DNA of 64,000 bases from Okamejei kenojei (taxonomy: Eukaryota), in NCBI GenBank assembly GCA_035221665.1, contig CM069145.1:42532001-42596000 (forward strand). The letters run 5' to 3'. Shown piece by piece: positions 20,912 through 41,438 of this stretch (position 1 is its first letter; each line of letters opens with the position of its first letter). The translations under genes and the position numbers were made by a program. The notes beneath the pieces were generated by a model. It did not search any database and had not been told where the DNA came from. It saw only the letters and a program-made list of their open reading frames with translations.

Positions 20912-23900
20912 CTAGCAGCAGAAAATTCAGCGGTCAATAAACCGTGCAAAACAAGCAGGCCCACATTCACGGATGTCAAACTTGTGTATCCTGAAATAAA
21001 AATAGGACATTCTACAAACCTTCAGCAGATCAGGCAGCATCTGTGCAAAGCATCCTCAACCTTGTTTAGCTCTCTACTGTCGCTGCCTGACCTAATGAGT
21101 GTTTCTGGCATTTCACTTTTTGGATCACTCCGTTAATGCGGGCCTGATTTAGAACGCTACAGCACAAGACCAGGCCCTTTGGGCCATAATGTCCGTATTA
21201 AACATGATGACAAGTTAAACTCATTTGCCTGTACATGATCCATATCCTTAACTCCCTGCACTTCCATGTGCCTATCTAAAGCCTCTTAAACGCCACTATC
21301 ACACCAGGTAATGCAGTCCAGCACCTAGATGTAAAAACTTGAACCGTACATCTCCGTTAAACTTTCTCCCTCTCACCTAAAAGCTACATTTCCACCCTGG
21401 GAAAGAGGTTCTATCTATGCCTCTCTTAATTTTATATACTTCTATCACGTCACCCTCCAACGCTCCAGGGAAAACAATCTTAAGTTCACCCATGGTACAC
21501 AAAATGCTGGAGAGACTCAGCGGGTGCAGCAGCATCTATGGAGCGAGGGAGATAGGCAACGTTTCGGGCTGAAACCCTTCTTCAGACTGATGGGGGGTGG
21601 GGGGAGGAAAGGAAAAAGGAGGAGGAGGAGGAGGAGGAGCCCGAGGGCTGAGGGAGAGGTAGGAAGGGGAGGAGACAGCATGGGTCAACAGAATTGAGAG
21701 AATCATCGCCCATCTTCTCCTTTTAGCAGAAATCCTCCAATCCATAATTCTGGTAAGCTTTTGGTGCACCCTCTTCAAAGCCTCCACATCTCCCCGTATT
21801 CGGGTGACCACAACAGCACTCAATACTCCCAATAACTCCAAAATTTGGTTTTCCGCTGGAGATATCCTGCCTCCGAACCCGGGATGCCTCTGAACCTAAA
21901 CCTTGTTGGGGGTCCGAGTTGCCACACCAGCCCATGCTCACCTTCGCTGCGCAGACCATCGAGGAGTTTGTTGAAGACGCCTCGGTGCGAATGTCCATCG
22001 GGGTGGGTGATGAGGATGTCCACGTCCCCGCAGGTGGGCTTCCCCCGTCGGAACGAACCGCAGGCGAGGCCAATCAGTCCCGGGTTGATGGAACGCGCCA
22101 TGTCACAAACCTGGACAGCACAGGGCACAGAGTCATGCAGCACGGAAACAGGCCCTTTGGCTAAACACGTCTATGCCGATCAAGATGCCCCAAATGCTCA
22201 ATTGGCCCGTATCCCTCTTTTTCTGAAGCTTAGTTTAGTTTATTAAAAGTCACGTGTACCGAGGTACAGTGTGAAGCTTTTTGTTGCGTGCTATCCAATT
22301 AACAAAAGACTATAAATGATTAAACTCAAGCCGTCCAGCGTGAAAATACAAGATAAAGTTAATAATGTTTAGTGCAAGATGAAGTCCAATAAAGTTCAAT
22401 GGCTTCCAATGAGGTAGGTAGGAGGTCAGGACCACACTCTAGCTGGTGAGAAGACTGCTCTGTTGACCGAAAAGAGAGTATCCTGAATATGTAACCCCGC
22501 ATGCGTTTTCAAACTCTTGTACCTTTTGCCTGCCCGACCCATCTCTGACTTTTAAATATTGTTATGGGAAATGCCTCAACTACCTCCCTCTGGAAACTCA
22601 TTGCCAGAGGAGAAAGTTGTAGTAGATTTGCAAATAAAGTTCTGATTCCCTGTAAAAAGTAGTGAAGACTGTTATTTATCAGACAGAACCTGCCTGATAA
22701 TTTGCCGCAGGGCAGATTCAGGAGAAAGCCTTCAATCCTGAAGCATGGTTTTGACCCAAAATATTGACCGTCCCTTTCGCTTCGCTCCACCCCCCCCCCC
22801 CCCCCCCTTCCCATAGATGCGGGTCGACCCACCAGACAAACCGCAAGCTAAAAACTGAAGCAGGGTCTCGATTGAAATGTCACCCATTCCTTCTCTCCAG
22901 AGATACTGCCTGTCCCCGCTGAGTTACTCCAGCTTTTTGTGTTTATCTTCGGTTTAAACCAGCATCTGCAGTTCCTTCCTATACACATTTTTTGATTGAT
23001 TGATTGATTTATAGATACAACATGGAAACAGGCCATTCGGCCCACTTGAGTCCATGCCGACCATCGATCACTCGTTCACACTAATTCTATGTTATCCCAC
23101 TTTCACATCCAGTCCCCACACACTAGGAGAAATGTGCTGAGGGCCAATTAATCTACAAATCCGCAAGCCTTTGGGGTGTGGGAGTAAACCGGAGTAGCAA
23201 TGGTTCCACACCCACACTCACACAGAAGCACTTACAGTTTTCTCAATCTCAGTTGCCTCTTCCCTGGGCATGCGATTCAGGAAGTCATGGTAGTGGTTGA
23301 GACCTATCGCCTGCTGGCTGGTGAGACTGGCTTTCGTCTTAATGTCCTCCAAAGTTCTGAATCCCTGCAAAACACAGCAAAGGCACTGAAGCTGTTCAGT
23401 GAACAGTGCAAGGGAAAGAAAGTGGCAATGCAGAAGGGATCTTAATTTCCAGAAAAAGTTAGGTATTTACGAGCCTGGATGGGCTGTGGAGACCTTAATA
23501 GGTTTCAGTTTCTAACCAATACATCAGCATTTATAGAATCATAGTCACATTACATGCAAGCAGGCACTTCGGCCCAACTCGTTCATGCTGTCCACGTTGT
23601 CTAATGGAGCTGGTCCTATTTTACTGTGTTGGTCCATATTCCTCAGCAGCAGCTTCTTCCCAACAACCATCAGGCTATTGAACTCTGCGAACTCCAACTA
23701 TACTGAACGACAAACTTTCTTGATTGCGCTAGGGACTTGGTGCATTATCTTTGTCTTTGCACGATGTTGGGGTTTTTTTGGCCATTTGGGAGGAAACTGG
23801 AGCACCCGCGAAAACCCACGCAGGTCATGGGGCGACCATACACACAGCACCCGTAGACAGGATCAAACCCGGGTCTCTGGCGCTGTGGGCAGCAACTCAA

Positions 23901-26900
23901 CTGCTGCGCCACTGTGCCACCCTACCAGGTTGAACGTACTGACGGCACTCTGCACACCATGAGCTCCTCACCTGCTGGTACCACATCTGGGCTGTCTTCA
24001 CACCAGCTCCCCAGATGTTGGCAAAGGTCCCCAGCACAGAGACACTGTCGCCCAGGTGATCTAACTTGCGCAGATGGCCAGTTTGCAGGATCTCCCAAAT
24101 CTTCTCGGCCAGCCTCTTGCCGATCCCGGGGATCTCACAGGCTTCCTGCGGAGAGTGAACGGGAGCGATGATGACTCCGAAATGCATAAAACCCGGAGAG
24201 GGCCAGACTTTCAAATCATAAAAAACATGCAGATGTTAGAAATGCAAAATAAAACATACAATGTCAGAAATTCATATCCGGTCAGGCATCATCTGTGGAG
24301 ACAGGGAGGGCTGAACGTTTCAGGCCCATAGAACTTCTGCTGAGGAATTCCAGATCTGAAACCCCAACTGGTTCTCTTTTTTTGTTCATTGATTCACATT
24401 CATGGCATTTAAAAGACTTTTGGAAAGGCACATGGACATGCAGAGAAAGGTGGGGCAAGGGTTACACGCAAGTAGATAATAGGTATAGTGCGGTACAGTG
24501 GCATAGCTGTAGAGTGCCGTACAGCACCAGTCACCCGGGTTTGATTCCAACTATAGTTTGTAAGTTCTCCTTGACCATTTGGGGGTTTCTCTGGGTTCTC
24601 CCATTTCCTTCCACATCCCAAAGGCATGGTCCCTAGTGTGTAGGATAGAACCAGTGTACGGGTGATTGCTGGTCAGCGCAGTCTCGGTGGGCCAAAGCAG
24701 GACCTGCCTTGCTTACGCGCTGTATTTCTAAACTAAAACTAAATGAGATGGGATGGAGGGATATGGTTATGTTCTTGGGCTGCACTGTTCAATGTTTTGC
24801 TCCACACATGCAGCCTTTCCAGCACCTATTTTTTTTTTCAGATTTCCAGCATCTAATCTTTTGATTTTAATTTCTCGATGCAAGTGTTTTTCCCATCAAA
24901 ACAACTTGGGAATTTAAATTCAAATAATGAAATAATTCCTGGTTAAAAAGCTCATACTAGGAATGGTGCCCCAGTCAATGTGACTGAGACATACAGTGCT
25001 TGAGTAACGCAGTGGGTCAGGCAGCTCCTCTGGTGACTTCCCTCGGTCCATTCCCTCCACAGATGCTGCTTGAGTCCGTGGTGGGGAGAGTGGTCTGTGT
25101 GATGGGCCGGGCTCCATCCACACGTCCGCAATTTCTTGCGGCCTTGGGCAGAGCCGTTCCCAAACCAAGCTGTGATACTAACCTGTGCAGGAAGGAACTG
25201 CAGATGCTGGTTTAAATGGAAGATTGACACAAAAAAGCTGGACTGACTCAGTGGGAGAGGCAGCATCTCTGGAGAAAAGGAATAGGTGGCGTTTCGGATC
25301 GAGACCCTTCATCAGGCTGAGTTTTTTGTGCTTTTTGTGTCTATCTGTGATATGGAAGCTTCATTCCTTTGGAGAGGCAGTGAGAATGTTTTACCTGATA
25401 AGTGGAGATTGGTTTGTGATAGCTCTTCAGGGCGTTGATGGCCTTGCTGTATCCCATCGCTCGCCACCTGTCACCCTGGTGTGTGTACGCCGTCTCCAAC
25501 ATCTTCAGCTTGTCCGTGATGGCCTGGTTGTGGTTGAGCTGCTTACTTTCCGACGAGAGGGAACACACCCACTTGCTTTTGCCAGGGGCTCTGCAGGGGT
25601 CGGGGTCCACAGCTCCACGCTCGCCCCCAGAGATCAGAGCTCGCAGGTCACGTTGGGACACACCTTCATCCTCAGACTCGCTGCCACTGTCAGTGTTGGG
25701 GAGCTGCGGAGATATCATAAATGGTGCTCAGTGGCAGGGTCCCTGGCACGACTGGGTTGAATGACGTACAAGGCACGTTTGACAGCTCAGGGTCTGTACT
25801 CGCTGGATGAGGAGGGATCTTATTGAAATCCTCCAAATAATGAAAGGCCTAGATAGAATGGACGTGGAAAGGATGATTCCACTGGTAGGAGAGTCTAGTA
25901 TCAGTGGGCACAGCCTCAGAATAAAAGGACACACCTTAGAAAGGAGGAAGAATTTCTTTAGTCAGAGGGTGGTACATCTGTGGAATTCATTGTCACAGAC
26001 GGCTGTGGAGCCCAAGTCATTCGGAATTTTTAAAGCAGAGATCAACAGGTTCTTAAGGGAGTCAAGCATTACGGGGAGAAGGCAGGGGAATGGCGTTGAG
26101 AACGAAAAGTAGATCAGCCGTGATTGAACGGTGGAGCATAATGTTGGGCATGATTACATTTCATTATTTCGTTTTGGGGACACATGACAATAAAACACTC
26201 GACTCTTGTTTACTTACATGGGCTGTAGAGGCATGATGTTTTTCGCTGCTCTCTGTGAGGGCTTGGGGGTGCTGGGCTGCTACTCCCTTTGCCTTTGGGC
26301 TCAGCGAGCTGGCGTTTGGCGACATGGTAGGCCGCCCACTGAGTTCAGGGCGCATGGTCTCGCATTGGCCCTCGTCTCCTGCCGTCGGCGCGGGGAGCGG
26401 CGGCTCGGGCGGGAGGAGGTGTCCCGGGGTGCAGAGGGCGTGGGCCGCAGTGCTCAGCAGCCTCCGCTGCGAGATGCAGGAGCTGAGCCAGGCGGAACGC
26501 AGCAGGCAGACGCTGGGTGGCAGCACCTCCAGCCGCAGCAGGCGAAGGGCACGCTCGGCATCCATCCCATCGTCCACCACCACGTGGGTCACCGCTGGGC
26601 CGAAGACCAGGCTGACCTCACCCCCATTCTGTGCTATCTGCTTCTGGAAGATCTCTGTCCGAGCCTTTCCAATCCCGGCTGGTATGATGTACACCGTCAC
26701 TCCACTCAACCACTGCTCTGCAACGGAATAGATGCGGGGATAAGAGTGTTACAACAACAATGTACAACATTGAACAGTACAGGAACGGGCCACAAATGTC
26801 TGTGCCCAATGTGAGGCCAAGACCAACTCTTCTTTGCCCGCACATATTCTAGGCAGTATGATTCGAATGGATAGCGTGCAAGTTCTGTGTTTATTCCACA

Positions 26901-27649
26901 TTCTCATCCACTCTCTACACACTAGGGGGGGAGTTTACAGAGGGCTATTAACCCACAAACCTGTGCGTCTTTTGGATGTGGGAGGAAACAGGAGCACCCG
27001 GAGGAAACTCTCACTGTCACAGGGAGAGCGTGCAAACTCCCCACGCAGACAGCACTCGGGGTCAGGATTGAACCCGGGTCTCTGGCGATGTGAGGCAGCA
27101 ACTCTTTAATCGGACTTTCGTGGACTTTGTCTTGCACTAAACGTTATTCCCATTATCCTGTATCTGTACGCTGTGGATGGCTCGATTACAATTTATTTAT
27201 TCATGTGTATATTTACGTATATAATGGTATATGGTCACACTGATCTGTTTTGTAGTCAGTGCCTACCTACTATGTGCTGTTGTGCTAAGCAAAGAAAGAA
27301 TTTCATAGTCCTGTCAGGGACTCATAACAATAAACTCTTTTGACTCTTTGGCTCTTTGTAATCATGTAGAGTCTTTCCACTGACTGGTTAGCAGGCAACA
27401 GAAGCTTTTGCCTATAACTCAGTGCAGGTGACAATGAACTAAACTAAACCCACTGCTCCATCCTGTGGAGGGCACGCACACACAAAGCTATTCACTGTAC
27501 TTCAGTACAGGTTACAATAATCAATCAATGGTTCTACCTTTGGCATCCTCCGGCCTTGTCTTCTTCAGGGGCTCCCCGTCTGTGGTGGACTGGACATCCT
27601 GGCCTCGCTTCACCTTTCGGAAAGCCTTCACGATCCCCTGAGGCTCCAT
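20553..27649 (-). CDS. POLL: DNA polymerase lambda (family X; BRCT, 8-kDa lyase and polymerase domains), 583 aa, complete
   Basis: complement(join(20553..20911,21942..22110,23236..23364,23972..24145,25395..25703,26218..26717,27538..27649)) = 1752 nt. Begins [10 protein letters not shown]; contains [31 protein letters not shown] and [13 protein letters not shown]; ends REPRERDW*. Confidence 0.97.
21558..21587 (-). ncRNA. Penelope-type minimal hammerhead ribozyme motif (core intact)
   Basis: Minus strand CTGAAGA-A-GGGT TTCA GCCC-GAAAC-GTT: CUGANGA, stem II, GAAA, palindromic minimal stem III and an NUH triplet. Confidence 0.5.
21942..22110 (-). CDS. POLL: POLL exon (catalytic DVD motif)
   Basis: [39 protein letters not shown]; AG/GT boundaries. 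Confidence 0.95.
23236..23364 (-). CDS. POLL: POLL exon
   Basis: [43 protein letters not shown]. Confidence 0.94.
23972..24145 (-). CDS. POLL: POLL exon (HhH motifs)
   Basis: [30 protein letters not shown]...[16 protein letters not shown]. Confidence 0.95.
25395..25703 (-). CDS. POLL: POLL exon
   Basis: [14 protein letters not shown]...KWVCS...[10 protein letters not shown]...[27 protein letters not shown]. Confidence 0.94.
26218..26717 (-). CDS. POLL: POLL exon (BRCT domain plus Ser/Pro linker)
   Basis: [33 protein letters not shown]...[11 protein letters not shown]...[10 protein letters not shown]; donor CAT|gtaagt. Confidence 0.93.
27538..27649 (-). CDS. POLL: POLL first coding exon (exon 2, acceptor at 27688)
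   Basis: [15 protein letters not shown] resembles human MDPRGILKAFPKRQK; phase-1 donor matches the next exon. Confidence 0.88.
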
Positions 27650-28099
27650 GCACAGCCCGCAGCCAGTGAGGGTTAGCGTTTATTCCACCTGTACAACGAT
27701 TGGTGAGAAAGATACGTGTCAGCACCCATGCTCCTGCGTTTACTCCCCAAAGTAGCCAAGCCTCGCCACAGTTTGCACAGCACCGACCCACTAAGGACTT
27801 TGCACTAAAACACCAGCTCAAAGTACTTTGATTTGTACTCGATCATGGTCTAGTTTACTTAGAATAACAGATCATTTAACATATATATTTTTGTTGTCTC
27901 TGATGTGCCAATAAAATTGCAGCAGGAATACTCGGGTCACCCACATAGCTACCACCCATGCTTGCAAGAGTTAGTGTTAGTGATGCAAGTTAGCAAAGGA
28001 TACAGAAATATCCTGGGCGGCAAAACCTTCCAACATGCATCAGCACTGACTGCTGGCCGGGTCTTGAAGGACAACGTTGATGCAATGTGACTTCTCGAA

Positions 28100-28635
28100 A
28101 CACAGCTGTGGACTGGATCAGGGGCAGGTAATGAGTGAACTAACGCAAGAGACAGGAAGTCTTCCTACGATTTACTGCAGGAACTGAAGCGATACACATA
28201 CCCGGTATACATTGATGGCGACAAAGTAGAGATGCTTCAAGTTGAAAGCTTCAAGTTCTTAGGAAAAAATAATAATAGCAATTTGTCCTGGACCAGCCAT
28301 ATCAAAGCAATGGCTAAGAAAACGCACCAACTTCCTTAGAAGCCCAGGAAGTTTGGCATGTCCCCAACAACCCTCATCAACTTCTTCATATGCGCTGTGG
28401 AAAACATTTTATCAGGATGCTTCACAGAATGGTTCGGGAACAGCTCCAACCAAAACAGCAAGAAATTGCAGAGAATTATGGACACAGCCCAGACCATCAC
28501 ACAAACCAACCTCCCTTCCATTGATTCCATCTACACCCCACTGCCTCGTCAAGGCCACCAGCATAATCAAGTGAGTCTCGCCTCACTTTTCTCCCCTCTC
28601 CCATCAGGCAAGAGGTTTGAAAACTCGTTCCTCCA
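28100..28635 (+). mobile_element. Rex1/Babar-like LINE 3' fragment
   Basis: Degenerate FKFLG..LSWT..RKFGMSPTTLINFFICAVENILSGCFTEWFGN. Confidence 0.7.
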
Positions 28636-29576
28636 GATGCCTTTAGTTTTTGAATCCTCTACCCTGGGAAAAAGATTATGAGCTTTCACTTTATCCATGC
28701 CCCTCATGATCTTGTACACCTCAATAAGGTCACCCCTCAGCCTCCGACGCTCTAAAAAAATGGTCCCAGCCTATCCAACCTCCCTCTATAACTCAAGCCA
28801 GGGTAACCTGGTGTGAAACTATTTTTGTGATAATTCAAATGTTATGACTATTACTTTTAATTGAAGCTATAGGAAAGATGCCAATAAACTGAAAAAAGTA
28901 CAGGGAAGATTTACGAGGATGTTTGCCAGAACGCCAGGGCCCAAGCTTTAGGGAGATAGGTCATAGGTTTAGGGTTAGGGGGGAAAGATTTTTTCACACA
29001 GGGTATATGGAATCTGTCAGGGGAGGTAGTTGTGGCTGGTGCTATGTCAAGTGTTTTATTGTCATATGTCCCAGACAGCACATTGAAATTCATACTTGCA
29101 GCAGCACAATAGAATATGAATATGTACTTTGTAAACAATATAATAAATGGAAAAAATGTGTGCATATGGATGTGAGCAAAGACAAAACTGATGCCCCAAA
29201 ATCTATGTCGTTTGGAGCTTATGATGTTTAATAGCCTGATGTTTATAGGGAAGAGGTTAACAATATTTAAAAGACACTTGCACGGGTACATGGATGGGAC
29301 AGGCTAGGAGGGATAGGGGCCAAGCGCAGGCAGGTGGGACATCTGGGCCAGATTGGGCAAGTTGGGCCGAAGGGCCTGTGTCTGGGTTAAAGCGACCAAC
29401 GGGCGAGGCCGGTGCGACAGGCTGCGTGGCCCCGCGGCCTCTGCACGATGACTGGAGCGAGCGACGGTCTTTGGATTAAATCACCGGAGCGGCGGAAGGG
29501 GAGCGCCGATCGCTGAGCCGGCCCGGGCGGGTGCGGAAGCGGAGATGGAGGCGGAGACGGCGGCGGCCTCACTCAC

Positions 29577-29670
29577 CGAGCCGGACGTACCCAGCGGACA
29601 GCGGCCCCGCGTGAATTAAACCGCGTCCATTCATAAAGCGGCGGCGGCGGCGGCGGCGGAAACGGCGGGA
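29577..29670 (-). other. POLL: Probable POLL non-coding exon 1 (5' end uncertain)
   Basis: Strong donor CTCG|gtgagt at 29577/29576 inside the CpG island, head-to-head with DPCD. Confidence 0.6.
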
Positions 29671-29701
29671 GCGGGGAGCGGGCGGAATCAGTGCAGCCGG
29701 T

Positions 29702-30025
29702 GGGGGCGGGGCCGCCAGACAGGGGGCGGGGCCGGAGGACAGGAGGACCCGGGGCAGGGGGCGTGCCGCCAGAGAGGGGGCGGGGCCGGAGGACAGGAGG
29801 ACCCGGGGCAGGGGGCGTGCCGCCAGAGAGGGGGCGGGGCCGGAGGACAGGAGGACCCGGGGCAGGGGGCGTGTCGCCAGAGAGGGGCGGGGCCGGAGGA
29901 CAGGAGGACCCGGGGACAGGGGGCGTGTCGCCAGAGAGGGGCGGGGCCGGAGGACAGGAGGACCCGGGGCGGGGGCGGGGCGGGGCCGGGTCAGGGGGCG
30001 TCCCGCCAGAGAGGGGCGGGGCCAG
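29702..30025. repeat. GC-rich minisatellite, 53-54 bp unit, 5 copies plus partial copies
   Basis: GGAGGACAGGAGGACCC recurs at 29734, 29788, 29842, 29895 and 29949. Confidence 0.93.
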
Positions 30026-30032
30026 GGCGCCC

Positions 30033-30046
30033 GTTGCCGTGGAGAC
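30033..30046. promoter_or_regulatory. RFX X-box
   Basis: GTTGCC-GT-GGAGAC fits GYNRCC-N1-3-RRHRAC and ends about 20 bp upstream of the ATG of a cilia-associated gene. Confidence 0.6.
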
Positions 30047-30067
30047 GGGCAGCCCGATTGATGCAAG

Positions 30068-39744
<9,677 letters not shown>

Positions 39745-39853
39745 TCCTCAGCACTGGTGTCTGCCTCCACAGGCAACGTGTAGGGAGAAGGCACAAACCT
39801 GTGGTCGCACACACTACTTCAAATCTACCTTCCAGTTGTATATTTTAAATCCC

Positions 39854-39859
39854 ATTAAA
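39854..39859 (+). terminator. Candidate DPCD polyadenylation signal (ATTAAA)
   Basis: 110 nt after the stop, followed by a T-rich tract. Confidence 0.5.
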
Positions 39860-40980
39860 GTTCTGATAGTTTTTGAATATAGAATGTCTTCATTTTATTG
39901 TGGCCATAGTAAATTCTACCAACAGTTTAGTTTATTATCACGTGTACCAAGGTACAGTGAAAAGCTTTTTGTTGCATGTTATCCGGTCAGATGAAAGACT
40001 ACATGATTACAATCGAGCTGTCCACAGTGTGCAGATGCATGATAAGGGGAATACATTTGATTTAAGATGGTCTGAGAGTCTCCAATGAAGTAGATGGAAG
40101 CTCAGGACCGTTCTCTAGTCTTTGGTAGGGTGGTTCAGTTGCCTGATAACAGATGGGAAGAAACTGTTCCTGAACCTGGAGGTGTGCGTTTTTACACTTC
40201 TGTACCTCTTGCCTGATGGGAGAGGGGAGAAGAGGGAGTGACCGGGGTGAGACTGGTCCTTGATTATGCTGGTGGCCTCGTCGTGGCAGCGTGAAATGTA
40301 AATGGGAGGGAGGTAGGTTTATGTGATTATCTGGGCTGCGCCCACACTTCTCCGCAATTTCTTGCACTTGGATGGAGCTGTTCCCAAACCAAGCTGTGAT
40401 GCATCCGATAAAATGCTTTCTACATCTGATATTGTCATGACATTTGTTTCCCAAGCCCTCAAAGCCCTTCATGGTGTCAAATCAGTCACTTACTGGGATA
40501 CCTCACTCCGTGTAGTAGCTCTCACAAAGAGTCAGTCATAAAATATGGACACAGGTCCTTCAGCCCACCTAGTCCATGGAGCAGAATGAGGCCATTAGAC
40601 CAGCAATCACCTGTACACTAGGGTTATCCTACACACTAGGGACAATTTACAGAAGCCGATTAACCAACAAATCTGCATGTCTTTGGGCTATGGGGAAAAA
40701 AATGGAGCACATGTAGGAAACCCATGCGGTCACGGGGAGAAAGTACAAACTCCATACAGATCTCATTGAACCCGGGTCTCTGGTGCTGTGAGGCAGCGAC
40801 TCTACCACTGGCATACTGTCCTATTTAGCACATAGTCCGCTAGACCTTTTCTATCCATATGTCTGTCCAAATGTCTTTCAAAGGTCATAATTGTATGTAC
40901 CAACCAGCTGTTGCTTTTGCTTGCATTACACCATGAGATAGCTGATAGATCAGGCTGTGTCGCTTGCAAATGCAAGGTTT

Positions 40981-40986
40981 TTTATT
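40981..40986 (-). terminator. Candidate FBXW4 polyadenylation signal (AATAAA)
   Basis: TTTATT on +, 270 nt past the FBXW4 stop. Confidence 0.55.
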
Positions 40987-41255
40987 TTAATTTTAAATTG
41001 CATTCAAACACCCGAACACTGGTGCAGCCTTTAGCATCTTCCGACTGTACACAAATCCAGTTACAGATGACGCTTCAAGTGAATGGACAACCTCATTCAC
41101 TAGTCATATAAAAGTTATTGCAAATAAAGAACACTCTTTTATATTTTAAAAAAAGCCACAGAAGGTGACTTTTAAAGGCTGCAGAGCTGGAAGGATGAAG
41201 GAGTGGTGTCTGTTCCAAATGCATCATCTGCCAGTGTGCTGGGCGGACCTTGACT

Positions 41256-41438
41256 TCAGGCGCACTGTCCTGGATATGTCACGGTTGGTGTCTGGGGCTC
41301 TTTACCTGGCAAGCCCCAAAGCTTGGAGGATGTGAAGTCCAGTGTGTAAAGTGCATTGGCTAAGGCAGCATAGAGGTGGGAGGTAGTAAACCGGAGGCAG
41401 TACACGGGACTGCTGTTGGGGGAGGAGAGGAAGAACAT
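41256..41438 (-). CDS. FBXW4: FBXW4 last exon
   Basis: MFFLSSPNSSPVYCLRFTTSHLYAALANALYTLDF...GQCA*. Confidence 0.92.
   Translation of the reverse strand: MFFLSSPNSSPVYCLRFTTSHLYAALANALYTLDFTSSKLWGLPGKEPQTPTVTYPGQCA

Noticed and set aside
25185-26814. Plus-strand ORFs of 191, 202 and 158 aa
   Set aside because: Antisense shadows of GC-rich POLL exons
29702-30025. Regularly spaced direct repeats considered as a CRISPR-like array
   Set aside because: Contiguous tandem units with no unique spacers, in vertebrate DNA with no cas genes
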